This document shows, piece by piece, positions 10,264 through 19,983 of a stretch of 64,000 nucleotides of DNA; positions within the stretch are counted from its first letter, which is position 1; each line of letters opens with the position of its first letter. Source of the DNA: an uncultured Clostridia bacterium. Its GTDB lineage: Bacteria; Bacillota; Clostridia; UMGS1883. Made by a program: the position numbers and the translations under genes. Below the pieces are notes generated by a model. It worked only from the letters and a program-made list of their open reading frames with translations, did not search any database and had not been told where the DNA came from. Location of the stretch: the NCBI GenBank assembly GCA_934476455.1, contig CAKSNY010000002.1, positions 10,689 to 74,688 on the forward strand, read 5' to 3'.

Positions 10264-10379
10264 CACAACCTTTGCATTTAATAAAAAAGCAAAGGTACTG
10301 TCCGGCACCCTTGCCTTCCATACGATTATAACATTGTAAAGGCACTTTGTCAAACACTTACTGCCTGCTGCGTAAAAAA

Positions 10380-11312
10380 TCAGTCCAATATTTCAAGCGA
10401 ATATTTTTTTTCAAAGCCGTCCGTGGTTAAAACGGTGCGCTTATTCGTAATTATAAGCGCGTCGGTATCGGGAAACGCCCTGCAAAGCTCCAGCCCCTTT
10501 TCGCCCGTTACAAAAATTGCGGTCGACAGGCAGTCTGCCGCGGCGGAGGATGGGGAAATAACCGTTACGGAGGAAACAGAGCCGCCGCTTTGCGCACATT
10601 CGCCCGTTTTGGGGTCTAATATGTGGTGATAACGCACTCCGCCGTATTCAAAAAATCTCTGGTACGAGCCGCTTGTTACCGCGCTTTTGTCTTTTAGGGT
10701 AAAGCGGCAGAAAAGCTTGTCGGGGCTTTGCGGGTCACGCACGCCGACGCGTGCCGTGCCAAGCACATAAACATTGCCGCCGAGATCCAGTATAGCTTTT
10801 TTTACGCCGCTTTTATAAAGCGCGTCTGCGGCTTTGTCTGCAATATATCCCTTTGCGCACGCGCCGAAGTCAAGCTGTGTGCCGCCGAGTGACAAGGGGC
10901 TTAGGCTTATTTTATCAAACCCCGTTTTGTTAAGCGCCGATGCAATTTCCTCCTTTGTCGGCGGAACGGTGCGCTCTTTTATGTTCCACAGGTCGGAAAG
11001 GGCGCCAAGGGTACAATCAAACGCACCGCCCGTTATATTATACATTTTTTCGCAAAGGCTTAAAAGCGCGCGGATGTCCTCTCCCGCGGTTTTCTTTGCG
11101 CCCGAATTTATTAAGTACAGCTCGCTTTCGGGGTCGGTACGGCTGAAAATTTTTTCGTATTTTCTGCACAGCTCATATGTTTTTTCGCAAGCGTCCTTCG
11201 GAGCGGTGACGGTAATTTGCGTATCCAGCGCAAAAAAACGACGCGTTTCGTCTTTCCTTGCGCAGGCGCAAAAAATAAGCGGTATCAATATAAAAAAAAG
11301 AAACTTTTTCAC
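10380..11312 (-). CDS. apbE: FAD:protein FMN transferase (ApbE family) lipoprotein
   Basis: lipoprotein signal + ApbE motifs ([19 protein letters not shown]). Confidence 0.85.
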   Translation of the reverse strand: MKKFLFFILIPLIFCACARKDETRRFFALDTQITVTAPKDACEKTYELCRKYEKIFSRTDPESELYLINSGAKKTAGEDIRALLSLCEKMYNITGGAFDCTLGALSDLWNIKERTVPPTKEEIASALNKTGFDKISLSPLSLGGTQLDFGACAKGYIADKAADALYKSGVKKAILDLGGNVYVLGTARVGVRDPQSPDKLFCRFTLKDKSAVTSGSYQRFFEYGGVRYHHILDPKTGECAQSGGSVSSVTVISPSSAAADCLSTAIFVTGEKGLELCRAFPDTDALIITNKRTVLTTDGFEKKYSLEILD

Positions 11313-11315
11313 AAA

Positions 11316-11879
11316 TCAACCCTCCGCAGCATTCGGATATAAAAGCTTGTAAATCCTTATGTAACGCTTGGTTTTTTGAACGTGTCTTTTTGTTTCGCCG
11401 AATGGGATAATATAAGGCTCTATGCCGTCTTTTGAAAGGCTTTCGTCTTTAAGCCATTTGTCAACGTTTGAAGAACCTGCGTTGTATGCCGCCACCGCGT
11501 TTGTAACGCTTCCGTTATATTTGTCAAGCAGATATGAAAGATACCACACGCCGGCGTTGATATTGTCCTCAGGCGACAAAATGTCGGCATTTTCGCTATT
11601 CAGCTTCTTGCAGCAGTGTAAAAAGGTTTCCTCCGTAAGCTGCATAAGCCCCTTTGCGCCGGCACAGCTTACGGCATTTTGGTTAAAATTGCTTTCCGCT
11701 TTTATAAGCGCCAGAACAAGGTATATATCGGTATTGTTGTTTGTGCAGGCTTTCCTTATAAGCGCGCCGTATTTTACGGGAAAAACGGTGCGGCACACGG
11801 AAAGTGACGCAAAAATCATTGCTGCGGCCGTAATTATGCATATAATAACCTTAAGTAAAACCACGGATTTTTTATTCAT
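11316..11879 (-). CDS. lytic transglycosylase (SLT domain), membrane-anchored
   Basis: catalytic motif AESNFNQNAVSCAGAKGLMQL and AYNAG. Confidence 0.8.
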   Translation of the reverse strand: MNKKSVVLLKVIICIITAAAMIFASLSVCRTVFPVKYGALIRKACTNNNTDIYLVLALIKAESNFNQNAVSCAGAKGLMQLTEETFLHCCKKLNSENADILSPEDNINAGVWYLSYLLDKYNGSVTNAVAAYNAGSSNVDKWLKDESLSKDGIEPYIIPFGETKRHVQKTKRYIRIYKLLYPNAAEG

Positions 11880-12453
11880 TCTTAACCTCCGTTATATAGG
11901 CATACGCTTTGTCAAGCTCGGCGTAAAGCTCTTTTAAGCCGTGTTCGTTTAAAATATGTATTGCTTTTTTTGAATACGGCGTTTGCGCGTTTATTCTGGA
12001 AAGCGCGCGCTGCGCACTTATTCCGTCGCGCCGCATAATTCTTTCAAGGCGTGTTTCTTTGCTTGCTTCTATCACTATTACGGCATCGCATTTTTTGTAA
12101 AGCCCGCTCGACTCTATCTCGGAGCCGTCCGCTATACATATTTCGCGGTCGGACCTTTGGTAAAGCTCTGAAATAACGTTTACCACATACGGGTGGATTA
12201 TTTTGTTAAGCACTGCAAGCTTTCCCTTGTCGGAAAACACAATCGTGCCTAAAGCACGGCGGTCAATTTCACCGCCGCATAAAACGCCGTCCCCGAAAAA
12301 ATCGGTAATCTGTTTTTTTATATCTTTGTCAAAAAGGGCGCGGTGGGCTATGGCGTCACAGTCAAAACAGGCACAGCCGAGCTTTTCAAAATACTCTGCC
12401 GCGGCGCTTTTTCCGCTGCCGCTAAGCCCCGTAAGCCCTATCAGCTTTTTCAT
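11872..12453 (-). CDS. coaE: dephospho-CoA kinase
   Basis: Walker A GLTGLSGSGKS, CoaE family length 193 aa. Confidence 0.85.
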   Translation of the reverse strand: MKKLIGLTGLSGSGKSAAAEYFEKLGCACFDCDAIAHRALFDKDIKKQITDFFGDGVLCGGEIDRRALGTIVFSDKGKLAVLNKIIHPYVVNVISELYQRSDREICIADGSEIESSGLYKKCDAVIVIEASKETRLERIMRRDGISAQRALSRINAQTPYSKKAIHILNEHGLKELYAELDKAYAYITEVKNE

Positions 12454-12465
12454 TTACAAATGACC

Positions 12466-14964
12466 TCACTTTTTTGTTTCGTACCAGCTTTTGCCTATGT
12501 TTACATCTGCGCGCAGCGGAACGGACAGGTTTGCCGCGTTTTCCATTTCGCGCTTTAGTATGCCGGCGGCTTTTTCCGCGCAGTGCACCGGCACCTCGCA
12601 TATAAGTTCATCGTGAACCTGAAGTATAAGGGAGGCCTCAGGGCATTCTTTCTTAAGCGCATCGTAAACCTTAACCATTGCAATTTTAATAATGTCCGCA
12701 GCTGTTCCCTGAATAGGGGTATTCATTGCGGCACGTTCACCGAAAGAGCGCATATTAAAGTTTTTTGCCTTAAGCTCGGGAATATAGCGCCTGCGCCCGA
12801 AAAGGGTGGTTACAAAGCCGTTTTCGGCTGCATCATTTACTGTTTTTTCCATATATTCTCTTACACCGCTGTAATTTTTGAAGTAGTTTTCTATATACTC
12901 CTTTGCTTCACGGCGCGTTATCTTTAATTCGGAGGAAAGCGAAAATTCGCTTTGTCCGTAAATTATGCCGAAATTTACCGTTTTTGCCCTTTGGCGCATT
13001 GTGTCGGTAACCATAAACGGGGCAACGCCGAACACCTGCGAGGCGGTAAGGGTGTGAATATCCTCATCATTTTTAAATGCGGAAATCATTTTTTCGTCGC
13101 CGGACATATGCGCAAGCACCCTAAGCTCTATCTGCGAATAGTCTGCGCCTGCAAGCACACATCCCTCGCGCGCGACAAATATTTTCCTAAATTCGCGCCC
13201 GATGTCCGTACGAACGGGTATGTTTTGCAGATTCGGCTCGGCAGAGCTTATCCGCCCCGTAGCCGTAACCGTTTGATTAAGCGTGGAATGTATTCGGTCA
13301 TTTTCGTCCAAAAGCGGCAAAAATGCGTCTGCGTAGGTGCTTTTAAGCTTTGAAAGATGGCGGTATTCTATAATGCAGTCTATTATTTCGTGCTTTGACC
13401 TAAGCTTTTCCAAAACGCCCGAATCGGTGGAGTAACCGGTTTTCGTTTTCTTAATGGCAGGAAGACCCATATCCTCAAACAAAAGCTTTCCGAGCTGCTT
13501 GGGAGAGTTAATGTTAAAAGGCGCGCCCGCCATAAAATATATGCTTTGTTCAAGGGCAGATATTCTTTCGCCAAGCTTTTGTGAAAGATTTGTAAGCTCG
13601 CCGCGGTCTATCTTAAAGCCTGCCTGCTCCATTGAAAAAAGCACCTTTTCAAGCGGCAGCTCAATATCAAAAAGAAGGCTGTGCTGCCCGCGGCTGTCTA
13701 TAAGCTTAAGCAAAATATCCGCAAGGCGCGGCAAAGACTGCGCCCCGCACAAAAGCGAGTTTTCCGCGCACAAATCAAAAAAGTTATAGTCGGAACGCGT
13801 CGGGTCGGCAAGATATGCCGCAACAGCTGCGTCATAAAAGCTGCCGCGTACGGTTATGCCGCTTTTTAAAAGGTCGGTGCAAGCCTCTTTATACCCGCAG
13901 GTAACTTTTTCTATGCGCTCGTCCCCAAGTATATCTGCGGCGTCTTTTTTTGCACAGGAATAGGTTTTATCGTTTAAGGCAAATTCTATATTTTCGCCGC
14001 TTAATATAAAGAAAAAACTGTCTTTTTCCCGCGCTGCTTTAAGTGCGTTTTCATCGGCAGGGAGAACGGACGCCTCCTTTGGTACGGCATTTTCGCTTTC
14101 GCAAAGCCTGCCGGAAAGCTTTTTAAGCTCCAGAAAATCCAAAAGCTCTTTAAGCTTGGGAATATCGCATTTTGCGCGCTTTGCATCCTCCGGACAAAAA
14201 TCAACCGGTACAAAGCGGTCTATCGTGCAAAGCTTAAGGCACATATAAGCGTCCTCACGCCCGCAGGACAGCTTTTCGCGCGCCGCTTTTTTTATAGCAG
14301 GGCTGCCGATATTTTCGTACAGACCGTCCAGCGTATGAAAATTTTTAATTATTTCAAATGCCGTTTTTTCACCTATGCCGCGCACACCGGGAATATTGTC
14401 GGACGAATCGCCCATAAGCGCCTTAACGCTTATAAATTCCGTCGGGGTAACGCCGTATTTTTCAAAAACGCCGTCTTCGTCCAAAACCTCTGTCGAGGTT
14501 TGCCCCATACGCGACGTTGTAAGAAGCACGCTTGTATTTTTGCTTGCAAGCTGCAAATCGTCCTTATCACCTGTTATAATTCCGCACCACACGCCTTTTT
14601 CGTCGCATATACGGCTTACGGTGCCTATTATGTCGTCCGCCTCATATCCTTCAAGGGAGAGCTGCTTTATGTTCATCGCGGATAAAATGTCTTTAAGGTA
14701 TGGCATTTGCGCCGCAAGGTCGTCGGGCATACCCTTTCTTTGCGCCTTATATTCCGCATACATTTTATGGCGGAAGGTGGGTGCTTTAAGGTCGAACGCA
14801 ACCAAAAGATATTCGGGGGAATATTCGTCAATGTACTTTTGCATTATGTTTATAAAGCCGTAAATTGCGTTTGTGGGTATTCCGCTTTTGGTAGAAAGCG
14901 GGCGCACACCGTAGTATGCACGGTTTACAATGCTGTTACCGTCTATTACAAGTAGTTTTTCCAT
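12466..14964 (-). CDS. polA: DNA polymerase I
   Basis: 5'-nuclease N-terminus (LLVIDGNSIVNRAYYG), polymerase motifs A/B/C (DYSQIELR, RRRAKTVNFGIIYG, QVHDEL). Confidence 0.9.
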   Translation of the reverse strand: MEKLLVIDGNSIVNRAYYGVRPLSTKSGIPTNAIYGFINIMQKYIDEYSPEYLLVAFDLKAPTFRHKMYAEYKAQRKGMPDDLAAQMPYLKDILSAMNIKQLSLEGYEADDIIGTVSRICDEKGVWCGIITGDKDDLQLASKNTSVLLTTSRMGQTSTEVLDEDGVFEKYGVTPTEFISVKALMGDSSDNIPGVRGIGEKTAFEIIKNFHTLDGLYENIGSPAIKKAAREKLSCGREDAYMCLKLCTIDRFVPVDFCPEDAKRAKCDIPKLKELLDFLELKKLSGRLCESENAVPKEASVLPADENALKAAREKDSFFFILSGENIEFALNDKTYSCAKKDAADILGDERIEKVTCGYKEACTDLLKSGITVRGSFYDAAVAAYLADPTRSDYNFFDLCAENSLLCGAQSLPRLADILLKLIDSRGQHSLLFDIELPLEKVLFSMEQAGFKIDRGELTNLSQKLGERISALEQSIYFMAGAPFNINSPKQLGKLLFEDMGLPAIKKTKTGYSTDSGVLEKLRSKHEIIDCIIEYRHLSKLKSTYADAFLPLLDENDRIHSTLNQTVTATGRISSAEPNLQNIPVRTDIGREFRKIFVAREGCVLAGADYSQIELRVLAHMSGDEKMISAFKNDEDIHTLTASQVFGVAPFMVTDTMRQRAKTVNFGIIYGQSEFSLSSELKITRREAKEYIENYFKNYSGVREYMEKTVNDAAENGFVTTLFGRRRYIPELKAKNFNMRSFGERAAMNTPIQGTAADIIKIAMVKVYDALKKECPEASLILQVHDELICEVPVHCAEKAAGILKREMENAANLSVPLRADVNIGKSWYETKK

Positions 14965-14979
14965 TTGTTTTGTCCTTTT

Positions 14980-16332
14980 CTAATATATTCTTACGGCGTC
15001 CTTGCTGCCTTTTTTTATTACAAATATTTTCCCGTCGGGCGAGGCAATGTCGCTTCCTGTATAAATCCACGGGAAAAGCTTTGTAAGCTTTTCGTTTTCA
15101 TAGCAAAAGTAGCCGTCGTTTGCGGCGGAAACCTCATACGTTTCGATAGGGGGGATGTCGTTATTTGCCCATTCGCACTTAAGGTAAAGCTTGTTTTGGG
15201 CTGCGCCGATAAGCTTCATCGAGCCGTAATCGGGGAATAAATCGTTAATACACATAACGCTGCCATCGGCAGAAATTTTGTAAAGCTTTTCTCCGCTTGT
15301 TGCCATTCCTTTCCAATGTATGTAGCGGATTGCATTTACGTATATATCATCTCCGAGCGCGGTACAGTTTGTAAAATAGGCGTCCTCCTGCACAAAAACG
15401 TATTTGCCGCCGAGGATTAAAAAGCCGTAGCGCTCAAACGGGGTGTACGGCGGGGGGATTTCATCTGGTGTAGATGTATATATAACAACGTTAAGAAATT
15501 TTATGCCGTTCATTTCTTCAACCGAGGCATATCCCGATAAATCCGACGCGCTGCCGCCGTTTTCAAGGTGCTTTACCGTGCCGAGCTTTACCCCGCCCAC
15601 AAGGTAGGAGGTGCCGTCAAACGTAACGTCCTCCGATTTTTCATATTTTGGGTATGTCGTTTGATAAAGCGCATCATAAGAGGCAAAGCCCTCGCTCTCA
15701 AGGGTGGTTTTTGTAAGCTGCCCGGTTTTATAATTAAGCCTGAAATACTCGTCCTCGTAATCGGACGGCGCCTGACGGTGTAAAAGCGCATTTTCGCTGT
15801 CCAGCGAAAAAAGGCGGCTTAGAAAATCTTTAGTATCTTCACGGTAGGTTAAAAGGGTAAAGGTGTTGTTTTCCCACGAAACCGTCCAGTTAAACTCCTC
15901 GGCGGCAAAACGCCACGTCATGGGAAAATATGTTACGCCGCGGAAATTTAAGAGCGGGTACTCCTCTTTTTGATTGTCGATAAGCTTTCCGTTTATATAT
16001 ATGGGGTAAGAGGGAAGAGATGCGTTATACGCAGCAGCGTTTTTCTGCGTGTCATACACGGGAAGACTGCCGGTTGAACGGTTGTAGGCAATATAAAGCT
16101 CGCTTCCCGTCCAGGTGGAGGTAAGGTTAAGCGCGCGGCAGTAATCGTACGTCATAGGAAAATACGTTATGTCTTTATACGAAATAAGCGGATATTGTGA
16201 GTCGGCATAATACACATCGCAGTCTCCGATTATACATTTGTAGGTTGGTATAACCACCCTGACGTTTTGTGCATTTGCACTGCCTGTATACAGCGCCAAA
16301 GCAAAAAGCATTGCCACAAGAATACGTTTCAT
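14980..16332 (-). CDS. secreted hypothetical protein with repeated copper-amine-oxidase-N-like (stalk) domains
   Basis: signal peptide MKRILVAMLFALALYTGSANA; repeats ITYFPMTYDYCRALNL / VTYFPMTWRFAAEEFN; GGGAGG RBS before ATG 16332. Confidence 0.5.
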   Translation of the reverse strand: MKRILVAMLFALALYTGSANAQNVRVVIPTYKCIIGDCDVYYADSQYPLISYKDITYFPMTYDYCRALNLTSTWTGSELYIAYNRSTGSLPVYDTQKNAAAYNASLPSYPIYINGKLIDNQKEEYPLLNFRGVTYFPMTWRFAAEEFNWTVSWENNTFTLLTYREDTKDFLSRLFSLDSENALLHRQAPSDYEDEYFRLNYKTGQLTKTTLESEGFASYDALYQTTYPKYEKSEDVTFDGTSYLVGGVKLGTVKHLENGGSASDLSGYASVEEMNGIKFLNVVIYTSTPDEIPPPYTPFERYGFLILGGKYVFVQEDAYFTNCTALGDDIYVNAIRYIHWKGMATSGEKLYKISADGSVMCINDLFPDYGSMKLIGAAQNKLYLKCEWANNDIPPIETYEVSAANDGYFCYENEKLTKLFPWIYTGSDIASPDGKIFVIKKGSKDAVRIY

Positions 16333-16436
16333 AAAATCGCCTCCCATTCTTGTTTTTAATTATCGCATAAACAGACGGAAAAATCAAGGCATATGTGAAT
16401 ATACGTGCATAAAATACAAAAAATATAAAAAAATAC

Positions 16437-16465
16437 TTGCATTTTTACGCCCTTTCTGTTACAAT
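16437..16465 (+). promoter_or_regulatory. rpmB promoter (-35 TTGCAT, 17 nt, -10 TACAAT)
   Basis: hexamers at 16437-16442 and 16460-16465. Confidence 0.45.
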
Positions 16466-16510
16466 GTTAAATGCACGTTATGAAATGAATCCTAAGGAGG
16501 TAAAATAGAT

Positions 16511-16699
16511 ATGGCTAAATGTGATGTATGCGGCAAGGGCGTAACCTTTGGTATAAAGGTAAGCCACTCGCACAGAAGATCTAACCGTTCTTGGAAGCCC
16601 AACGTTAAAACAGTAAAGGCTGTTGTAAACGGCACACCCAAGACAATACACGTTTGCTCCCGTTGCTTAAGAAGCGGAAAAGTAGTAAGAGCTATATAA
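16511..16699 (+). CDS. rpmB: 50S ribosomal protein L28
   Basis: 62 aa, MAKCDVCGKG...SHSHRRSNRSWKPN signature. Confidence 0.9.
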   Translation: MAKCDVCGKGVTFGIKVSHSHRRSNRSWKPNVKTVKAVVNGTPKTIHVCSRCLRSGKVVRAI

Positions 16700-16725
16700 C
16701 CACCTCTTAGATAGGGAACAATCAT

Positions 16726-16752
16726 AGGCAGCCCGTTTGGGGTGCCTTTTTG
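16726..16752 (+). terminator. putative rpmB terminator
   Basis: aggcagccc-gttt-ggggtgcct then ttttt. Confidence 0.4.
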
Positions 16753-16761
16753 TGTTGCAAA

Positions 16762-17084
16762 AAGGAGTTGTTTAAAAAGCCACAACCCGATAAGGAAGTA
16801 TTGGTTTTGAAAGCCGTTCTTTAAGTTTATACTTCGTAAACAGGCAGCCGTATACGTCAGTATTACGACTGCCTGTTTACTTGTCTAAATCTTAAATTCC
16901 GACCTTCAAAACTGCTTTGCACCCTGTAAACAATATTTTTTGATGAAGTTCAAGGCAAAAAAGCGAGTAATCCTGTCGGATTTCGAGCCTTTTTTAACGC
17001 TGAAATTCGCAAAAAAGATGTTTAGCAGGGCAATACTTCCTTGCCGGGCTGTGGCTAAAGCCATTGACTTTTAAACAACTCCTT
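16762..17084. repeat. ~320-nt intergenic segment closed by inverted repeats with nested internal helices (candidate structured ncRNA or miniature element)
   Basis: outer IR aggagttgtttaaaaag (16762-16778) / cttttaaacaactcct (17066-17082); inner IR aggaagtattg (16790-16800) / caatacttcct (17029-17039); perfect 12-bp hairpin 16836-16880. Confidence 0.35.
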
Positions 17085-17091
17085 CGCTCAA

Positions 17092-17404
17092 GGGGATAGG
17101 AAAAAAAGATTCGGAACGGACAAACTTCAGGCATATTGGATTCTGTTGTATTATGCCACGCCCGAAGGTGTACATAACAGGGCATCCCGAAAACCAAAGG
17201 TTTTTGGGAAAAAGGAGATACAGCGCTGATTTCGACGCCCGAGAGGTGAAGTTTGTTCGTAGCAAAAAGGCTTATAAATACGGGAAAATCGGATATAATG
17301 AGATTTTTCTGCCAAAATCGAGTTTTTAAACTGTTTTTATGGTTGCAAGCTCTTTATTATAATCGCCTTTTTGCGTTCCGGACTTTTTTAACATCCCCTT
17401 TTTA
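17092..17404 (+). repeat. multi-copy intergenic repeat element, copy A (carries ~208-nt insertion at 17158-17365)
   Basis: 5' module ggggataggaaaaaaagattcggaacggacaaacttcagg + hairpin GGCATA..TATGCC, 3' module cctttttgcgttccggacttttttaacatcccctttttatt; 3' T-run overlaps pyrR stop codon. Confidence 0.6.
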
Positions 17405-17941
17405 TTCGCACAAATCAACCTTATCCACACCGTCTGTTTCGGCAAGTTGTACGCGCACAATTTCGCTTTTTGACGTGGGTATGTTTTTCCCGACATAGTC
17501 GGCGCGTATCGGAAGCTCCCTGTGCCCGCGGTCAACAAGCACCGCAAGCTGAACCTTTGCGGCTCTGCCGCAGCTCATCACGGCGTCAAGCGCAGCGCGC
17601 ACCGTGCGCCCGGTATAAATAACATCGTCTACCAATATTACGTTTTTTCCCGTAACGTCAAAATCTATTGCGGCGCAGTTAACATTCGGTTCACCGGAAA
17701 TATGCGTTAAATCATCACGGTAAAAGGTTATATCAATTGTTGCCGTAGGAACGCTTTTCCCTTCAATCGACATAATGCAGTCGGCAATGCGGCGGGCAAT
17801 GGGTACGCCGCGTGTTTTTATTCCGATAAGGCAAAGCGCGGATAAATCGTCGTTTTTTTCGATTATTTCGTGTGAAATTCTTTTTATTGTACGGGAAATG
17901 GCGCTTGCGTCGAATAAGTCTGCCTTTTTTATTTTAAGCAT
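17402..17941 (-). CDS. pyrR: bifunctional pyrimidine regulatory protein PyrR / uracil phosphoribosyltransferase
   Basis: PRTase motif VILVDDVIYTGRT and PyrR N-terminus; start set at MLKIKK (17941) with AGAGAGGTGG RBS. Confidence 0.85.
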   Translation of the reverse strand: MLKIKKADLFDASAISRTIKRISHEIIEKNDDLSALCLIGIKTRGVPIARRIADCIMSIEGKSVPTATIDITFYRDDLTHISGEPNVNCAAIDFDVTGKNVILVDDVIYTGRTVRAALDAVMSCGRAAKVQLAVLVDRGHRELPIRADYVGKNIPTSKSEIVRVQLAETDGVDKVDLCE

Positions 17942-18172
17942 TGTAAAAGCCACCTCTCTTTTGTTATCTTAATATAACACAGCATCCCGAAAAAGTAAAT
18001 ATTTATTAAAAAAATAGCGGCTGTTTTCACGATATTTTATTTTTTTGCCCCGTCCCTGCAAAAAATCTGCGGTAAAGCTAAAAAAATGTAACCTGCCGCG
18101 CGCAGGAACACGGAAAAATTTTCTTTACTACTGTTAAAATTTGTGCTATAATCAAACGAAGAGGTGATATGT

Positions 18173-18454
18173 ATGGAGGAAAAGACAATCCTCAGCTACA
18201 AGGGAAAACCCATGGTTCGCCGCGGTGATGTTATCTATTACGGCGATATGAACGAGCGCTATATAATAATATTTACAATTAAATCGAAAAAGAAGGTCGG
18301 CGATATGGAGGTTGCCGACAGCGTTTCCATAGACCTTTGCACAAACAGGGGAACAGGTAAAGAAAAGGTAATAAAAAAAGCAAACCGCGAAAGCCTGTAC
18401 GAAGCCATAGATATTGCAGAATTTTGGCTTGAGGACGCGCTTGAAAACGGCTGA
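18173..18454 (+). CDS. hypothetical small protein (94 aa)
   Basis: ORF with GAGGTG RBS and TGnTATAAT-like -10 upstream (18141-18152); no recognisable family. Confidence 0.45.
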   Translation: MEEKTILSYKGKPMVRRGDVIYYGDMNERYIIIFTIKSKKKVGDMEVADSVSIDLCTNRGTGKEKVIKKANRESLYEAIDIAEFWLEDALENG

Positions 18455-18477
18455 TTTTTAAAAAAGGGGCCAAAAAT

Positions 18478-19923
18478 ATGCTTAATGAAAGAGAAAACCT
18501 TACCATGCTTGCAGACTTTTACGAGTTTACAATGGCAAACGGGTATTTTATAAACAATGTCGGCGACAGGATATGCTATTTTGATTTATATTTCCGCACA
18601 GTTCCCGATAACGGGGGCTTTGCAATTATGGCGGGAACGCAGCAGGCTATAGAATATATGAAAAGCCTTGCTTTTGATGAAGAGGATATAGAGTATCTGC
18701 GCAGTAAAGGCATTTTTGACGAAAGGTTTTTGGATTACCTTCGCAATTTTAAGTTTTCGTGCGATGTTTGGGCAATTCCCGAGGGTACGCCAGTTTTTCC
18801 GCACGAGCCGCTTATTACCGTTCGCGGGCCGGCAATTCAGGCGCAGCTTTTGGAAACAATGCTGCTGCTTACAATAAACCACCAAACGCTTATTGCGACA
18901 AAGGCAAACCGCATTGTGCGCGCGGCACAGGGGCGCAGCGTGATGGAGTTTGGCTCGCGCAGGGCACACGGTACAAACAGCGCCGTTTTGGGCGCGCGAG
19001 CGGCATACATTGCCGGCTGCGTGGGAACCGCCTGTGCTTTGAGCGACGAGCTTTATTCCATACCGGCGCTCGGTACGATGGCGCACAGCTGGGTGCAGAT
19101 GTTTCCGACAGAGTATGACGCATTCAAGGCATACGCCGAGGCATATCCCGACGGCTGCACGCTTCTTATAGATACGTACAATGTTTTAAAAAGCGGGCTT
19201 CCGAATGCTATAAAGGTATTTAACGAGTGCGTAGTTCCGCGCGGATACCGCCCGAAGGGCGTTCGCATAGACAGCGGCGATATTACCTACCTTACCGTAA
19301 AAATAAGAAAAGAGCTTGACCGCGCCGGGTTTGAGGATTGCGCAATTGTTGTGTCAAACTCGCTTGACGAATATATTATAACAGATACGCTTGCGCAGGG
19401 CGCAAAGATAGATTCTTTCGGCGTGGGAGAAAGGCTTATCACGGCAAAAAGCTCGCCGGTGTTCGGCGGTGTGTACAAGCTTGTGGGGGTTGAAGAAAAC
19501 GGCAAAGTGGTGCCGAAAATAAAAATAAGCGAAAACCCCGCAAAAATTACAATTCCCGATTTCAAGCAGGTTTACAGGCTGTACGATAATCAAACAGGTA
19601 AAGCAATAGCAGATGTGATGACGCTTCATAATGAAGAGATTGATTCTTCAAAGCCGTACGAGATATTTGACCCCGTTCATACATGGAAGAAAAAAACCGT
19701 TACGGACTTTACGGCGCGTAAGCTGCTGGTTAAAATTTTTGAAAACGGAAACTGTGTTTACGATTCGCCCCCGCTTGCAAAAATAAGAGAGTACTGCGCG
19801 CAGCAGATAGATACAATCTGGGACGAGGTAAAGCGGTTTGAAAATCCTCACAGATATTATGTTGATTTGTCGCAGAAGCTGTGGGATGTTCGCCGGGATT
19901 TACTGGAAAAATACTCTAAATAA
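18478..19923 (+). CDS. pncB: nicotinate phosphoribosyltransferase
   Basis: 481 aa; motifs LADFYEFTMANGYF, MEFGSRRAHG, GTMAHSWVQMF. Confidence 0.85.
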   Translation: MLNERENLTMLADFYEFTMANGYFINNVGDRICYFDLYFRTVPDNGGFAIMAGTQQAIEYMKSLAFDEEDIEYLRSKGIFDERFLDYLRNFKFSCDVWAIPEGTPVFPHEPLITVRGPAIQAQLLETMLLLTINHQTLIATKANRIVRAAQGRSVMEFGSRRAHGTNSAVLGARAAYIAGCVGTACALSDELYSIPALGTMAHSWVQMFPTEYDAFKAYAEAYPDGCTLLIDTYNVLKSGLPNAIKVFNECVVPRGYRPKGVRIDSGDITYLTVKIRKELDRAGFEDCAIVVSNSLDEYIITDTLAQGAKIDSFGVGERLITAKSSPVFGGVYKLVGVEENGKVVPKIKISENPAKITIPDFKQVYRLYDNQTGKAIADVMTLHNEEIDSSKPYEIFDPVHTWKKKTVTDFTARKLLVKIFENGNCVYDSPPLAKIREYCAQQIDTIWDEVKRFENPHRYYVDLSQKLWDVRRDLLEKYSK

Positions 19924-19983
19924 AAAAGGGGCGTACGGCAAAAAAAACGCTTTGCCGTGCGCTCTGTTTGATTTTTCGGGGGG

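Noticed and set aside
10264-10353. 30-codon N-terminal extension of the glutamine synthetase ORF
   Set aside because: Conserved GSIII N-terminus begins at [10 protein letters not shown] with an RBS just upstream; the extension is unconserved.
17253-17498. 81-aa ORF inside the repeat-element insertion
   Set aside because: No RBS, and it crosses the conserved 3' module and the pyrR stop; it is likely non-coding.
19922-19970. Possible terminator after pncB
   Set aside because: Stem acggcaaa/tttgccgt is short and is not followed by a U-run, so support is weak.
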